DNA of 61,049 nucleotides, the filler included. It is 6 parts of 6 records of this genome, joined end to end, with 100 filler letters (N's around TTAATTAATTAA, not from the genome) between each part and the next. Parts side by side here need not be neighbours in the genome. Positions count along the whole stretch, not along the records: positions 22,886 to 38,219 come from DRR378314_1191; positions 38,320 to 45,317 come from DRR378314_1197; 4 more parts are not named here. One strand, written 5' to 3'. Of the stretch, positions 31,771-45,417 are shown piece by piece. The notes under the pieces are model-generated. The model made no database searches and was not told the DNA's origin. It saw nothing but the letters and a program-made list of their open reading frames with translations. Every line of letters begins with the position of its first letter. Position 1 is the stretch's first letter. A program made the position numbers and the translations under genes.

Positions 31771-34700
31771 CTGCAGCAGGAGGCAAAGTGGGAAAGGGAG
31801 TGTGAGCACGACAAACACTGCATGGCTAATGCTTTCGCGCTCTTTCCGCTTCTGCTGTGTTCACCATTTCTACGCTCGTCACAATACGAACGGGCAGTCG
31901 ATCTGGCACACAAGGCGGACAAAGGTGGCGTTACGAACATTGTAGGTACAAGCAATAGAACACCCGTCGCCGGAATTCTCGCAGAGAGCACGCCATTTTG
32001 TTTCGGCGCGTACTTTCGCAGCGGAAGAAAAGAACAGTTCAATGCACACATTTGTGCTGCGTACCTCGATTATTTTTCGGGGTTACAGGGTATTCTGGCA
32101 GCTGCATAGGATTCGCTGGGTACGAAGAGGAAGGCAAGAATAGGGCGAACTATTGAGGTGCGAAGAACCGCCGTATCTGGTTCGCGTGTGCGATGTTGTG
32201 TACAGCCTGGCGGCTGCGCAGCAAGGAAATGCAGCATTCGCGCACGCACGCGCAAGCTTTCCCCCTCTTCCAACGCAGCGACAGTTGACCACTCGCGTGA
32301 TAACTAGACTGCAACGTCCGCAGTCAACGACTTCAGTAATCATGCAAGGGGAGACTTACCAGTACTGACAGAGAGAGACATGGAATCTGTCGGTCGATTC
32401 CAAGGCGACGACGTCATGTTACGGCGCATTGGCAGCGGGGGCGATCCGTTGGAAGAAAGGCCTCTGCGCGCGTTCGGCAACGGAACAGCAATCCAGATAC
32501 GTTCCGAGAGGGATGAAGACGGAAAGGCGTGCTATACGAGGCACGTAGTAGGACATACACCGCAATGGATTGCTACGATAGCAAGGGACACGCATCCAAT
32601 GGAGAGGTGCTTGCTTGCGATAAAATTCGAGGATCGCAAAAGGAGGGCAGGGTGGTGGCACCGCCGAACTGCAGCAATCTGATCGCGCACAGCGAGATGC
32701 CACTCGTGAAGAGGCGTGTGCATTGGTACTACTGACGAACGCATGCCAAGGAAACATCTGCACACGAACGCAAGCTTTTGCAGTGGCCAGTGCAAGTTCT
32801 ACTTGCGGTGATCGGGCTACGAAAGACGTACCCTATCGCTTCACCGCTCTGTATTGGCGAGATGCGCAAAGCGAGCCGCCTCGGCGCCGTTTCTCCCGTT
32901 GGTGCTGGAAGGTCATGCTCAACTACGAGAGAAGAGGCCAGCGAAGAAAAGAAAACCGAGCAGAACCGTAAGAGATGGAAAGAATATCTTGGTGAGGAAG
33001 TGGCCATGGCGGTGCCCGGGAGTGGGGCTGTAGCATATCGAGGGCAGAGGAAATACTGCGGCAAGACGGTCGCGGGCAGCCCAGAAGGGCAGGGCAAGAG
33101 AATTATCTCTACACGGGCACCGACGTCTGCCACCTCGCTCTCGGCGTATATCCAGGATCTGCGGATCATTCTGCCATATCGCGTCGGTGACGACCTTGTG
33201 CTGACAAGATACAGTCCTATCACTGCGTACCGGAGCTTGTGCGTGCGCTTCCGCTGTTCGAACTTCCTTGTCCACCTACACGCGGCAACACGGCGGAGAA
33301 CCCCGGGGTGGAGCAGCGCTGTCAGCGCTGCGTACTTGCGCAAAGTACTCGCGATCTCGCACGTGGTATCATCCATGAAAGGAAGAAGAGTGTCGCGCGA
33401 TTCAGTACATAGTGTCATTTACTGTCCCTTATACTGGGACGGCATGTGCCCGGAGAGATGGGTACAGCGCGCATCCGCCTGCCAACGGGACGACGGCGGA
33501 GTGCCGAGACAACGAACTGTCGATGACGCGCGGTCAGCGGCAACCGCCACACACCCCCAAAGGGCACCGGTTTGCGAGCGCACTATTCCGACATGCGACG
33601 AATGTCACACGTGCTTGCATACCGATTTCTTGCAAAATAAATGAACCACAATGCGCTGGAGCATGGGGAAGGACATTCCCCGTGGTCCGCGATGCCACTC
33701 CCTCGTGGAGTCGCCTGGCACAGCGCTGGCTTGGACACTCGCTGCGGCGAGCTCGCTAGCAAAGGCGTTGCTTGGCTCTCCTCTGCTGGAAACGCACGGA
33801 CCTGCGAGCGACAACTCTTGTAATTTTTTTGCCATTTGCTCCGAAAGAAATCGTTTCTCGAGACGAAAATTGTCGAGTACAATGCTGGGGGAACATCGAG
33901 GAAGAGAAGGCGGAAAGCGACGCCAAAGTTTAGGGTGGCGCCAGCGTAGTACGCAGTGAATTCGCGCGAGCCACGCGAGGCGCGGACAGCACGCAGCAGG
34001 GCGGGAAGCATCCGCATTCCCTCAACGTAGCGACTACTATGGAAGGCGCAAAGAGTGATATTCATGCATTTTGGTCATTATGCGATACTTGAAGTCCGCG
34101 CTGCTACGCCGCGCGTAGCGTTGGGTCGCGCTTACACTCGCTCTTCAGGCTGCAGCGCGCGGACAGACACACAGCAGACGGTTTCGTTTCCCGACTCTGG
34201 CACCGCAGTCAGCGTTCGAGAGCGAACTACACAAGACACTCGTCGCAACTACAAGAACACGAGCATCGCACAAATTGCTCATGTCACGCGTATCTTATCG
34301 TTAGCGCGTGTGGTGACGGTCGCAAGGCGGCCGGCCGCGCTACGCTCTCTTCCAGCGAAGCGCTTACAGGCATGGGTGCAACTATTCTTGTCCTGATGCG
34401 CCCGCAGCTCAGTCCGCGCGCAGAGGCTGCAGCGGTTTCCAAGGCGCCCGCAAGTTCATGAAAACCCAACCGATCTTCAGCACACTACATCGCGAATAGC
34501 AACAAAGTAAAACTAGGAACGTAACATTGGTCGCATTGCTTTGTGCACTACGCTCCACTTTCCCGCCCGGAATAAAAGCTGGGGCAGAGCCTGAGGAAGG
34601 GCAAAAGTGCGGCACGTTCGCGGGCGTTCGGCTGCAGCGATAGCGCACGCGCAAAGTCGCAGCCGCGCGCAGGACGCACTAGAGCTTTGCACGGGCGGGA

Positions 34701-35527
34701 GGAAGCGACGCTTCGGGGTTACTCTGCGCGCTATATACGAGAAAAACAATGCAAATTATCTCATAAACCACTGTAGTGAGGATCGATGCGTGTATCAAGG
34801 CGTGGTATCGCACAGAACGTACTCGTCGCCGCGTCGCTTGCGGGAGTCGCGCGACGAAGCGTGGTCAGGTGCAGCGCGCGCAGTTTTCTCCGACTGCACT
34901 TGGAAACATGACTGCTGAGGATCGCGTGGAGCGACAACGTCACCCTTCATCTGTGCTTGCATATATACAATAGCACTTGTTCGTTGATACACTCTTGCAA
35001 ACGCGCGACTGACTCTGTAACGCTGGACTTTCTCCGAACTCGCAAGAGGTGGGGGGAATGCGTTTCCTTTTCTTTTCTCCGGAACCGGTTCAAATCTGCA
35101 CAGAGATGATCACGATTCTCTATCCTTTCCGCGAGCTTCCGGCGCGCGCGGCGACGCAGCCGCTTTGGGAACCGTTGCGCGCAGAGGCCTGGCGCGCGCT
35201 CCGGCAACGTGCTCGCTTAGCCACTGCAGAAAGCAACCTTCCTCGTTCTGGCCCAAGATGCCCCAACTAGAGTGCACGGGGCACAGCGGACGAAACGCTG
35301 GCAGGGAAGAATTATCCCCCTACTATTCCTAACCTTTGCGAGCCGGGAGATACAAGCTCACTGATCTTTGACCTGAGTCACGTTAGCCCTTTTGCCTAAC
35401 CATCGATACTCGGGTGCTGCACGCGTTTGGCGCTCGCGGGCAAGCGCCGTGCTTCTTGCGGTGGGTATTGTGCTTTGGCGCGTTGCCCTGTGACTTGGAC
35501 AGCAAGAGCCGCAAGCAGACATTCGAT

Positions 35528-38099
35528 ATGCAGTGGACGGCATTGTTGATTTTGGGTTTGGCGTATTGTGCGTATGGAGTGCAGGAGCGCGGAACTGATT
35601 ACGTGGTTCCGCCCGCACAGCTGGCGCCGTCGCCATATCCGGATTGGGCGGTGCGTTTCGCCGTGCTTGTAGCGGCGCGCTTGCGTTGGTCGCGAACGGG
35701 CGGAGCGGTTCGTCTACGCGCGCGTTTTACCTGCACCAGCGGCTCCCGTCGCGCTCCGATATTGTTTATGCACTGTCCATGCGCCTTTATTGGGAGCTGC
35801 ATCCCGCTGTGTGTGGTCCAATTGGCTCGCGCCGGCGCGCTATGGGCTCGTACGCCGCCCTGCTGCGCTCATCGCGGCGCTGTCAGTTCGCCTTGTTTTC
35901 CGCGAGGAGTGCAGGGACAGTCTCGACCTATTGTGCGCGGTGCGCTGCGCATGGCGCCTTGCAAATGGCCGTGCGCAGGAGTGGGTACACGATAAGTTTT
36001 TATATACGTTCTCGAGAGGTTTAGTGTACGCGTAGGTGTAGACTGTATCGCGGAAATGTGCTCCAGCGTTTTGCGCGGGGGGTTCGGTTTTGGGTGGGTT
36101 GGTCGCGCATGATCGTCTCGGTCGTCGCGGGCCCCGCGCGGGATCGCGCGCTTGCCGCCGTCCCGGCCGCTGCTCGGCGCTCTGCCACCCCTTCTTTTTG
36201 TGGTCGTGTGCGCGAAAAAACCTGTGAGTGCTCGTCTATATCGCAACGTATATATTTTAGCCATAGTACCTGCGGCATAACTCTAGCACGGGGGCTTTGT
36301 GCGCAGCTGCTTCGGCTCGCGCTGGCGTCTCGGTGCTTGTGCACCCCGTTGGTAGCGCTTTGGCGCAGACTCCTTGCGTGCTAACGAACTCCCGCGGACG
36401 TTGCTGCTTTTCGTTTGCAGCACCATCACTGGGCATGGCTTTCACATCATGATTCTAATCGCACAACGGTCTTGAATCTGGCGCGCGATTATCTGGCGGT
36501 ACGCTGCTACTGCTGCTGTTTTATTTTGTAAAGTTGCGGTGCAGCCGTGTGAGAGGTGGCGTACTGGCAGAAGGCGACCGGGCCGAGCGGATGGGCGTCG
36601 GTGTTCGCTTTGTACTCTGCCCAACGCCGCTCGCTTCCGATGCGAGCGTCGCGGATCGAGTGCCACGATATTCTTGCAGCAGACTGATGACTTGCTATCC
36701 CCGCTACTGGTCTGTTTCGTATTGTCTGCAGCATGGCATCAAACTCGGTGCTGTCGACATTGATTCCGAGTGGGAAACTGGTATGCACACGTTTGAGTTT
36801 GACGACACGAAATACCCAGACGCTGCTGGTATGATCAAGGAGCTCAAGAGTATGGGGCTTCGGGTCATTCTCTGGACGACGAGGTATGTATTTGTATGTG
36901 GCAGTCTGTTCTTGCGTGTTTCGTTGGCCGCTCGTTGCGATACGCGTGCGCGTGCACGCGTGCTTAGGGTCTGCTGGCGCATCATTTCAGTGCGGTGCGG
37001 GCGTGCTTGCGAAGAATGGCATGGCGATGGCGGGAAATAACGCGTGTAGAAGCGCAGATTCTGCATTTCTGGACCTCTGTTGGTGACGTATGACGATCTC
37101 GAAGCGTGCTGTAAGAATCGCGTCCTGAGTTTTTCAATTTTGGCGAGAGCCTGCGGACGCCGGACGTGCGCGGTGCCCGTTCCGAGGCGCCTCTCACGTG
37201 GATCGTGCTTCTGCCCTGTTGGGTTGTTGCAGTGTCATCGACGAGGATTCTCCTAACTACCAGTTTTGCAAAGAGAAGGGATATTTTCTGAATGGAGGGA
37301 AAACTGTCAAGTGGTGGCACGGGACTGGCAGCTTCATTGACTACACAAATCCAGAGGCGGTCAAGGCAAGTTTCTGCTCGCACTGGGACAGGCGCCGACA
37401 GGGGGTAGCTGTGGCGATCTTCCCAACTTGTTCTCTTGCCCTGTGTTTCTGTGGCTCTGGGTGATATGCACACACGACGACTTATGACCGTGTCGAAAAC
37501 GTACTTCTGTTGCGCGAAGAGCAATTGCCGTTTTGTCGCACCAGTTTCCCATGTCGACGCGTGCGCGCTGCTTTGGCGTCTCGCGCCCTTGCCCGCGAGT
37601 TTTGCTGCTCAGATACGATCGTTCATGCGGCGAGAGTCTCAGGCGAAGCATTTTTTTGTCGTGCACTTTGTGATGAGATAGGTTTTTGTGGCGTTGCCAT
37701 CGTTTCCTGCCGTTGCAAGGAAAAGCAATTCTGCACTCGGGTTAGCGCAATTATATGCGAGCTGCGAACGGTTGCTTCGTGGCTGGAGCGAAGGGCGGCC
37801 TCGGCTACGAACTATGTGCAAGGAAGCGGATGGAATGCTTGACTGGGCACACTGTTTTCCTTTTGTTATCGTGGTGCACCTTTCTCATATCAAGCGCCAT
37901 GGGTTGTACTGCTCTCGTTCCTACGACGCGATACGTGCGGTGCTACCGTGAGCAGTATTGGCATTCTCTGATGGACAACGTGCTCGATATGGGTGTGGAC
38001 GGGTTCAAGACGGATGGAACGGATCCGTTTACGCTCGAGTTTCTCCTTCCCAAGGGAAAGTCTGGCTATCTCTCTGAAAGAAAGTATGCCGACCTCTAC
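35528..38099 (+). CDS. Secreted glycoside hydrolase family 31, 3'-partial
   Basis: Signal peptide MQWTALLILGLAYCAYG; PYPDWA|HHHWAW, GAVDIDSEWETG..F.FD..KYPD, LRVILW, VKWWHGTGSFIDYTNPEAVK|YW, and nucleophile region GVDGFKTDGTDP. Confidence 0.88.
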
Positions 38100-38180
38100 G
38101 TACGTGTCGTGCACATGGCGGTGAGACCGCGGTCGCGTGACATGGGTATCAGAAAGTGCGGATCAGTAGTGGCAATGGGC

Positions 38181-38219
38181 GCAGTGCGGTGCGGTGCGGT
38201 GCGGTGCAGTGCGGTGCGG
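38181..38219. repeat. (GCRGT)n pentamer microsatellite at contig end
   Basis: Direct reading, about 8 units. Confidence 0.9.
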
Positions 38220-38319
38220 NNNNNNNNNNNNNNNNNNNNNNNNNNNNNNNNNNNNNNNNNNNNTTAATTAATTAANNNNNNNNNNNNNNNNNNNNNNNNN
38301 NNNNNNNNNNNNNNNNNNN
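38220..38319. other. Artificial contig spacer
   Basis: 44 N + TTAATTAATTAA + 44 N. Confidence 0.99.
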
Positions 38320-38497
38320 GGCAAACGCTGAGACTCTGCATTTGCTCTCCTCGTCGCTTGCCCATGTGTGCGAATGTCGACAACTGCAGACAAGTCCCGT
38401 GAAACTGCCGTCCTGCGATCTATCCCGGTAGCGGGTAATGGGCCGACGAAGGGCATTACAGACCACGTGTGTGCCTGCGTGGGATGCCTCTGCTTAG

Positions 38498-41400
38498 TCG
38501 CATGCGGCAACGATCGGCGCAATAGCAGCTCGAGACTGTATTGCTTCGATCTGCTGGCCATGCGTTGGATCCGCGTCAGCCTTCCGGAGGACCTGCGCCA
38601 TGTGACGCACCGCGAGTCGCCCACGTTAACTCCAGTTGGGTACGTATTGTACAGACCGTGGCTCTTCCTCCAGCGCGTAGTGCGCGACATAACTACTAAA
38701 GAAACTGGCAAGCGCCTATTCGCGGTATTGCGTCATAGCGCAGAAATAGGATACGGGCGTTGGCAAGGAAAAAAATTCGCAGGCATTCTCCTTGCTGTGC
38801 CGGCTAGCGTATCGCCTGGCCCTGTGATGAGCTTTGGCTCACATGGAGGCTTCCATAGTCGACGCGCCGCAGCGAGCCGAGGGCACGATCCGAACTGCAC
38901 CCACGACCTGACAGTGTGGAGAATGCCACACACTCTGCTCTTCCCTGAACACCGGCAGAAATAATCTCATTCTCTTTGGTGGCTTTTCGAAGAAGCGCGA
39001 GCCGCTGGACGACGTTCACATTTTGCGCGTAGCGCACGAGTCGGGAGAAGTGAAAGAGGTTCGGAACAGGAGATGTGCGCGCGTGCTGGACTGCGCCGGC
39101 AAGCAGGTTGCGCAGCGCGCTCACTGCCGTGGAGCATAGTTCACGGCCCGTCCTTCCGCGAGATTGCCAGGACATGGCTAGCTGGCGCCACCAGGGCGAC
39201 AAGCTCTCCGCTGCGCGTGCAGGAAGAACAATAGTTTCGTTCGCGCTGCCATTCCCTTGATTTCCTTGCGCTGCGCTGGTCTTACTTCTCTTTTGGTTGC
39301 CGCATATGATGTGATGAATCTCGTTGCACAGGATGATAGGATTCGTGTGGAGTGCCGTGAGTTGCACACGTACGGCGACGACGTGTCCCGCTTTGGGCAT
39401 TGCGCCGCACTCGTTGGGTGGGAGCTGTGCGCGTTTGGTGGGTACGCACACGCTCGGCGGCCACGTCGCAACATCGCACGGCTCCCCTTGCCGGAGGACA
39501 TCCTTCCAGGTACGTATGCGGGAAGGGCCCGAGAGCAAAAGCGCCCAGTCGGGTCGTTGCGCGACGTGCGAGTCATTGGGCGCACGCGGCCTGCGACATG
39601 CCAGCCGTTCCCTGTCTGTACAGTCTTCCCGGTCGAAGGTTCCCGGGGTGCAAGCCTGCATGGGGCCTTTCGCACGCACGCTAGTCATGCGGTTCGATGT
39701 ATCGTCTGCATGTAGTCGATGCGTTGTCGTTCTTCCTCCTCCGCCTCCTGTGACTGATAGGGGGTGGAAATTCCCCTCTTCCGCTGCAGCTGGCGCAAAC
39801 GCCGAGCGGCAGAAGACGTACTACCATTCGATGTCAACGTCCTTAGACTCCTTGGTAAGGTTGGCATAGCGCTCCACGGCCTTTCCTTCTTCAAATTAAC
39901 ACGACATGGGTATGCGTATATTTGCAAAAGGTGCAAGTGTGCGGGTCCGGCGGCCTGGAGTTGAGGCATCGTTGGCGCAACTGCTCTTGGGTGGAGATTT
40001 GCAGATCGCTGAAATGGGAGAACGTGATAGCCAAGTGCAGCTGCCTTGCAACACATTTGCTCTATTGATCATGTGTGGTGCGAGTGCGTGCCATTGATCT
40101 TCGGGTGAGCACCGCTCTTGCAACACTGATTCGTATACTGGCGCACGTTTGTACTTCCAGGTGTTGTCGCAGAGGGAAGAAACAAGCGCCTCCCAGAGCC
40201 AGCCGTCGACCTCGCAGGACCGCGTGGTGGCGGACGATCGGAGTGACGACGGAGATGAGGATGACAACTGGAATGTGCAGCGGCTGCATGAATTTCTTAG
40301 CAGCTTAGAACGCGACTATGCAATTTTGAGCCCAAAATCTTCCGAGAACCGTTCACAACATCGCCTGGGATCGGAGGAAGAGATCGTTCCGGGCGCACTG
40401 CGCGAGCCGCGTGCGCCTCACCAGCAGCGTGACACCGAGCAGCTGGATACGTTGGATGTCCCGGTTGTTCCTACGGTCCGACGCGCTCCTGGGATTTCGC
40501 CGGCTGTTGAGCGCCAGATGTCGTCGGGGAGTGATCTGGGGGACGATATTGCCGTTGTCACTGATGAGCGACAGCTTCTTCCTCTCGCGCTGCTCTCCCC
40601 TCGGAGCCGAGGCATGCCCCCACGGCGTCCTCGAGCGGACGATGAGCCTGCAGAGGGCCAGCGCCAAGTAGAACGGAGTGCCTTTTCCGCATTTGAAGAG
40701 GGAAATCTTGGGCGCAGAGAAGACACAGAGCCACCTGTGCCGTCCATTCACGTCCAGGGTGAAGACGATGCAGTGCGGCGGACATCGCGAAGTCCACCGT
40801 CCGATCGCCTGACGAGCACAGTGTCGTCGCGCTCGCCCGAGGACGCCGGGTGCGCTCCGCGCGCTGCCAGCCCTGTGCCGAATTCGCGAAGGTCGAGTTT
40901 TTCCATCGCAAGCTCGCTTGCAAGCGCAACGTCGCAGAAGAGTATGTCGGAGCTCGCATCCCACGTTGACGCGGTACGTCCTTCACAATGCACGACACCG
41001 TCTCGCATTCCGTGACGTACTGCCATGGGCTCCACGTTTCGAGCTACCATAAGCGCGGGGAGGTGTGACGGCAAGCTATCGCAGGCAAACAGGTTGCCGA
41101 GCTCACTGCGCTGCCATACAGCAGGATCGCTTTTCTTTGTGCGCGCAAAGCACTGCATTTCGTTTGCTGAGCTTGATTTCAACAGTCAGCTGCAGGGCGA
41201 TACTTTATGTATATATTCATTCTTCTTCGTAATCAACCGGGTTGGTGAGCAGCTCAGCCTTGCATGTGAAGCTGTGCCGGTTGTTTTGGTGCAGACACGA
41301 CCTTTCGCGCGTATATACCGCTGGTGTATTGCTTGTTTTTTTTCCTGTGAAAGTACTGTCGTCGTTTCCTTTTCGATTGTCCATATTCTCATGGAGGGAT

Positions 41401-42107
41401 GGGTCGATTCCTGCGGATTATGGCGGCCGTTCCGCTCTCCCCGCAAAATGAGGGCGCCGTAGTTGCTATCCCCACGCGTCGTGCTCCGGTTTGACACACG
41501 CATTGAACCTGTTTTTATTCTGTTGGACCGATATGCGTAGCTTGGTGACCTTCTCGGCGGTATCACTGTGGATGATGTCCTGGAAAGCGAGCAGCTGGTT
41601 GATTTCCTCCACACGCTCGTCCGTTCGATGTGTGAGATGAGGGTATGTTCCGTACTTTCGATCATGCCCAAGCGAACTATTCTGTTCTTGAACGTGTGGT
41701 GTGTGCACGTGAGGGATAGAGGGTGGGCGGTACCGAAGCTGCGCCGTGCAAAAGGTCTTCGTGTAAACCAGCTTTGGTTGAGGATTACGCCCTTCGCGCT
41801 TGTGTTTCGCGTGCTGCTGTTGCGGGATTTTTCGCTGACATAGCACGGTTCAAATGCGCGTGTACGCACCCAGCGCACCATTTTCACCTACTGATTGCTA
41901 CGGTGTCTATGCGTGCGTTTGCAGGAATCGTTGCTTGAGGAGGAGGATTTCATTCAGGAGCACGGAGGCGCCGGAATAACGAATGTTCGCCTCCTCAGGG
42001 AGCGTGTCGATGAGCTGCTGCGTGCATACGAGAGGCTGCGTCGGTCGGCTGTCGAGCTTTCATCACAGCCGTCTATTCTCGATTCAATTTGCCAGAGCAA
42101 AGCATAG
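38498..42107 (+). CDS. Kelch-repeat protein with a Ser/Pro-rich linker and helical C-terminal domain, 5'-partial
   Basis: Exons encode LYCFDLLAMRW, HRESPTLTPVG|NNLILFGG...DDVHIL and SRFGHCAALVGWELCAFGG (Kelch GG motifs), a long low-complexity exon (~40160-40972), and terminal exons ending at TAG 42107. One junction is ambiguous. Confidence 0.7.
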
Positions 42108-42963
42108 GCAGCTGTTACGCGTGTCGAAGAAGTGGGGATTGTGATACGGAGAGCGCTTCGTGTTGCGTCTCGGACGGAAGGGCGAAGACTTGCAGCGGTG
42201 CTCTCCCATGTGCCTTGCGTTTTCGCTGCTCGCTGTTGGCTTGGAAGGGAAACAGCGCTCGGCTGTTCCATGGAGATCCTCTTTCGAGAAAGACGCTGCT
42301 CCCCTGCTTTGTTGCTTCCTCTATTCGCAAAGTATTGGAGACTTTGAATCATTTCCTGAGATACACAGAGGCATGTGCTTTCTATTCTCTTTTCACCGCA
42401 GATTTCTTGCCTGGTGGGTATTGTTTGCGGCACGCGTCCAGGGCGGCTCGAGCTTTGCCCTATGATGCCCGAGCAGCCCCGTAGGACGAATTGTCATCCT
42501 CTGTCATTTGAACTGTGATTTTCACACTTTTTCTTACTGTTTCGTCGCCATACGCGGTCGGTTGGCGTGTGTCTGTATCCTATGTTACGCGCGCGGAGGG
42601 AGGTCCGGCGCTCTGCCCTTGGCTGTGCCGCTGGTGGGCATGTCGGCGCGCTCTCTCCCCATTTGCGCCTCGAATACATGCTCTTGCGATCGCGGCGGCT
42701 ACATCCTTGCCTGTCAGCTAAACGAATTTTCGGCGGATACGGAGATGAGTCCTTGCCTGACGGATGCCCGATATTTGTGGTGGAAGTCTGCACGCATACC
42801 ATTTTCCTCTGCCGCGCTTGCGAGTTTCTCCATCTCTGCAGCACAGGAGACGAGGCTCCGAGCTCTTCCCTCCTCGACCGTTTCTTTCTTCGCTACAGCA
42901 CTCATCATTCGACCATGTATTGCGTCTGCATACTTTACCACGCGAAAAAGGAGGTTCTCGAAT

Positions 42964-45292
42964 TCAAGGTTTGTCTGTATTGGCCGAATCATCCGCAGCT
43001 TGGCGCGCAGCGAAAATCGCATCTCGCTGCCGGCGCAAGAGCGCCGCTGCATCCGGCCGCTTTTCGGTGCCAAGTCCGTTCTCAAACATATCAGCAGCAT
43101 TCTCTATCGCTTCAACATGATTGTGCTGGGCAGCAGCAATGTAATAAGCCAGCGCGGTCTCATAGTTTACCTCGGTACCTGGAGAAGAGGAACCCGAGGG
43201 TACGACAAACATGGCAAGGCGAGCCAAGGCGCCCGCAGCGAAACCGCATTAGCAGTGCATTACCCAGCCGTTTCTCGTTACACCCTCGAAGAATCGCGCG
43301 GTACCAACATTACTATACATGTTGACATATTGTACCAGTTATGCATATTTTCCACAATAGGTTGACTACATTATTGGACGGCGAGCGAAGAAGCGAACAC
43401 ACACAGGTAGAGGTGCAGCTCTGCACAAGACGCTTTGGCTGTACCTCGTCCATGATAGTACATGGCGCCGGCAGAGCACATGGCGTCGAGATTTCCTTGC
43501 GCCGCGGCATGCTCGAAGCACTCGAGAGCCTTTGGATAATTTTGACCCTCAGACATATGCTCTCCTCGCGCGTATGCGTTGCCGAGGAAGAACAGAGCGC
43601 CTGGGTGCTGCTGATCGGCAGCGCGGCGTGCCCAGTCCAACGCTGTGCGCATGTCGTCTTGTTCTGCATGTGCCATTGCCAGATAGAACTGCCCGTCGGG
43701 GTCCTCCTTTTCGGCAGCATCACGAATCAGCTGCATCCCCTTTTCCGCTGTGTCTGCACTCCCGTGCGCACTTGCGCGGAGGTGGTGGCCGTGTATAACA
43801 AGAGCAGTTGTGCTTCCCAGAGCGGCTGCAGATTCTAGGAGGGAAACCGCGCGTTGCTCGTCGCGCAGCCCTGCCCTCCCGTCGAGTAGCATCGCTGCCA
43901 CGCGCTCCTGTGCGGTTGGATGGCCAGCATCTGCCGCAACGCTGGCGAACTGGAAAGCCGCCCCATCATCTTGTGGTACGAGGGAGCCCTGCGTGTGAAG
44001 GTCACTGAGCATCACTAGCGCAGGGACATAGTTTGCAGCAACGGACGCGGTGAGCCATCGGAGACCTTCTCCGGCGTTGAACTTGGCTTCGTCGAGTCTC
44101 CTCGGCTCTCCCACTCGGTCATTCGCTCCAGTTTCAGCTTCAAGGTTCATAGAGGACTCTTCGCTTTCGGCCTCGGGCGGCTACGACGAACCGTGCGCAA
44201 CGTATTGACGAAAGTCGGCGATGGTGCCAGGCATGCATTCGGCGCCTCCAGAGATGCAGTGCACAAACGTGCTCACATACAACAGACAGCGCGAGGATTA
44301 GCTTCGTTCAAACACCTATTTACACCGAAACTAAGCCTGACACGTGCCCTGAATGCTGTAGACGGCCCGAAATGCACGACAGAGTTGTGCGTGCATCCGA
44401 GTGATATATGATGGTCCCGTCGCGCTGCAGCGCCTGGAATGCGCGCTCTCGCGCGTGCATCCTATTGGGCGTCACACTCATCCGCATCAGTGCAAAATCT
44501 TCCTACATATATCATCACATTACGTGGAGCAAGTACGCGTGGTCTACGGAGCGACGCATGTCCTGCTGCTGCATACATGAATCGGCAGCTGAGCTCTCTG
44601 CCTGGAGCGGGGCGGCGGTGCCGGCGGAACACCCACAGCTTCGCACGCACGCGCCGCGCAAGCATAAGCCAAGGTGCTCACTGACGAAGGGAGTACAGAC
44701 AAATATCATCGCGCGATTCTTACGGAAACAGAGCTTTCCATGGAAAAATCACGCGCGCGAGTTCGCGAGGAAACAAACGCCGTATCTCCCGACGCCGTAC
44801 CAGTCCTTGCCGCACACGTGCGGCGTTGCGCTTCCGCTTCGCAAGGATTTCGTTCCAAGCCGCTCGCGCCTCTCCTGCTTGCCAGGCTGTAGGAGCTTCC
44901 CCAAGCTCTCGGTGCAGGTGCGATAGCTCCTGAATGTAATGCACTGCTTTTGTCTGGAAATGCATATACCCCGCAAAGTAATAGAGGCCGGAAAGGGCTT
45001 CGGTGTAAGCTTCCGTGCGACTATGCGCGCAGCAGGAGCGCCTGGAAGAGAGGCGTGTAGCGACCGGAACAATCGTGCTGTCGCGCTGCAGCGAGTCGCT
45101 CCAGCACAACGGACTCAACCCGAATCCCAAACAGCGTACCGAATGATCTATTTCGACATGCTCGCTTACATTGTGCAGAAATATGTGCGCGAGGGTGAGC
45201 ATGGCGCAAGGGCTACCGTCTTCTGCCATGTCGTACAGCGTCTGCAGCGCGCTCGCGTTCCCGGTGTGCACTTGCACAGCGAGGTCCGCGCA
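42964..45292 (-). CDS. Sel1-like repeat protein, spliced, 5'-partial
   Basis: Repeats AADAGHPTAQ, AAEKEDPDGQFYLA, AADQQHPGALFFLGNAYARG, AAAQGNLDAMCSAGAMYYHGR|GTEVNYETA and AADMFENGLGT; stop TGA at 42964. Confidence 0.85.
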
Positions 45293-45317
45293 CTGCAACT
45301 CGTCGCCTATAGCAGGA

Positions 45318-45417
45318 NNNNNNNNNNNNNNNNNNNNNNNNNNNNNNNNNNNNNNNNNNNNTTAATTAATTAANNNNNNNNNNNNNNNNNNNNNNNNNNN
45401 NNNNNNNNNNNNNNNNN
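45318..45417. other. Artificial contig spacer
   Basis: 44 N + TTAATTAATTAA + 44 N. Confidence 0.99.

Noticed and set aside
35288..35380. Hammerhead-like fragments (GGACGAAAC...CTGATC)
   Set aside because: The CUGANGA core is incomplete and no flanking stems were found.
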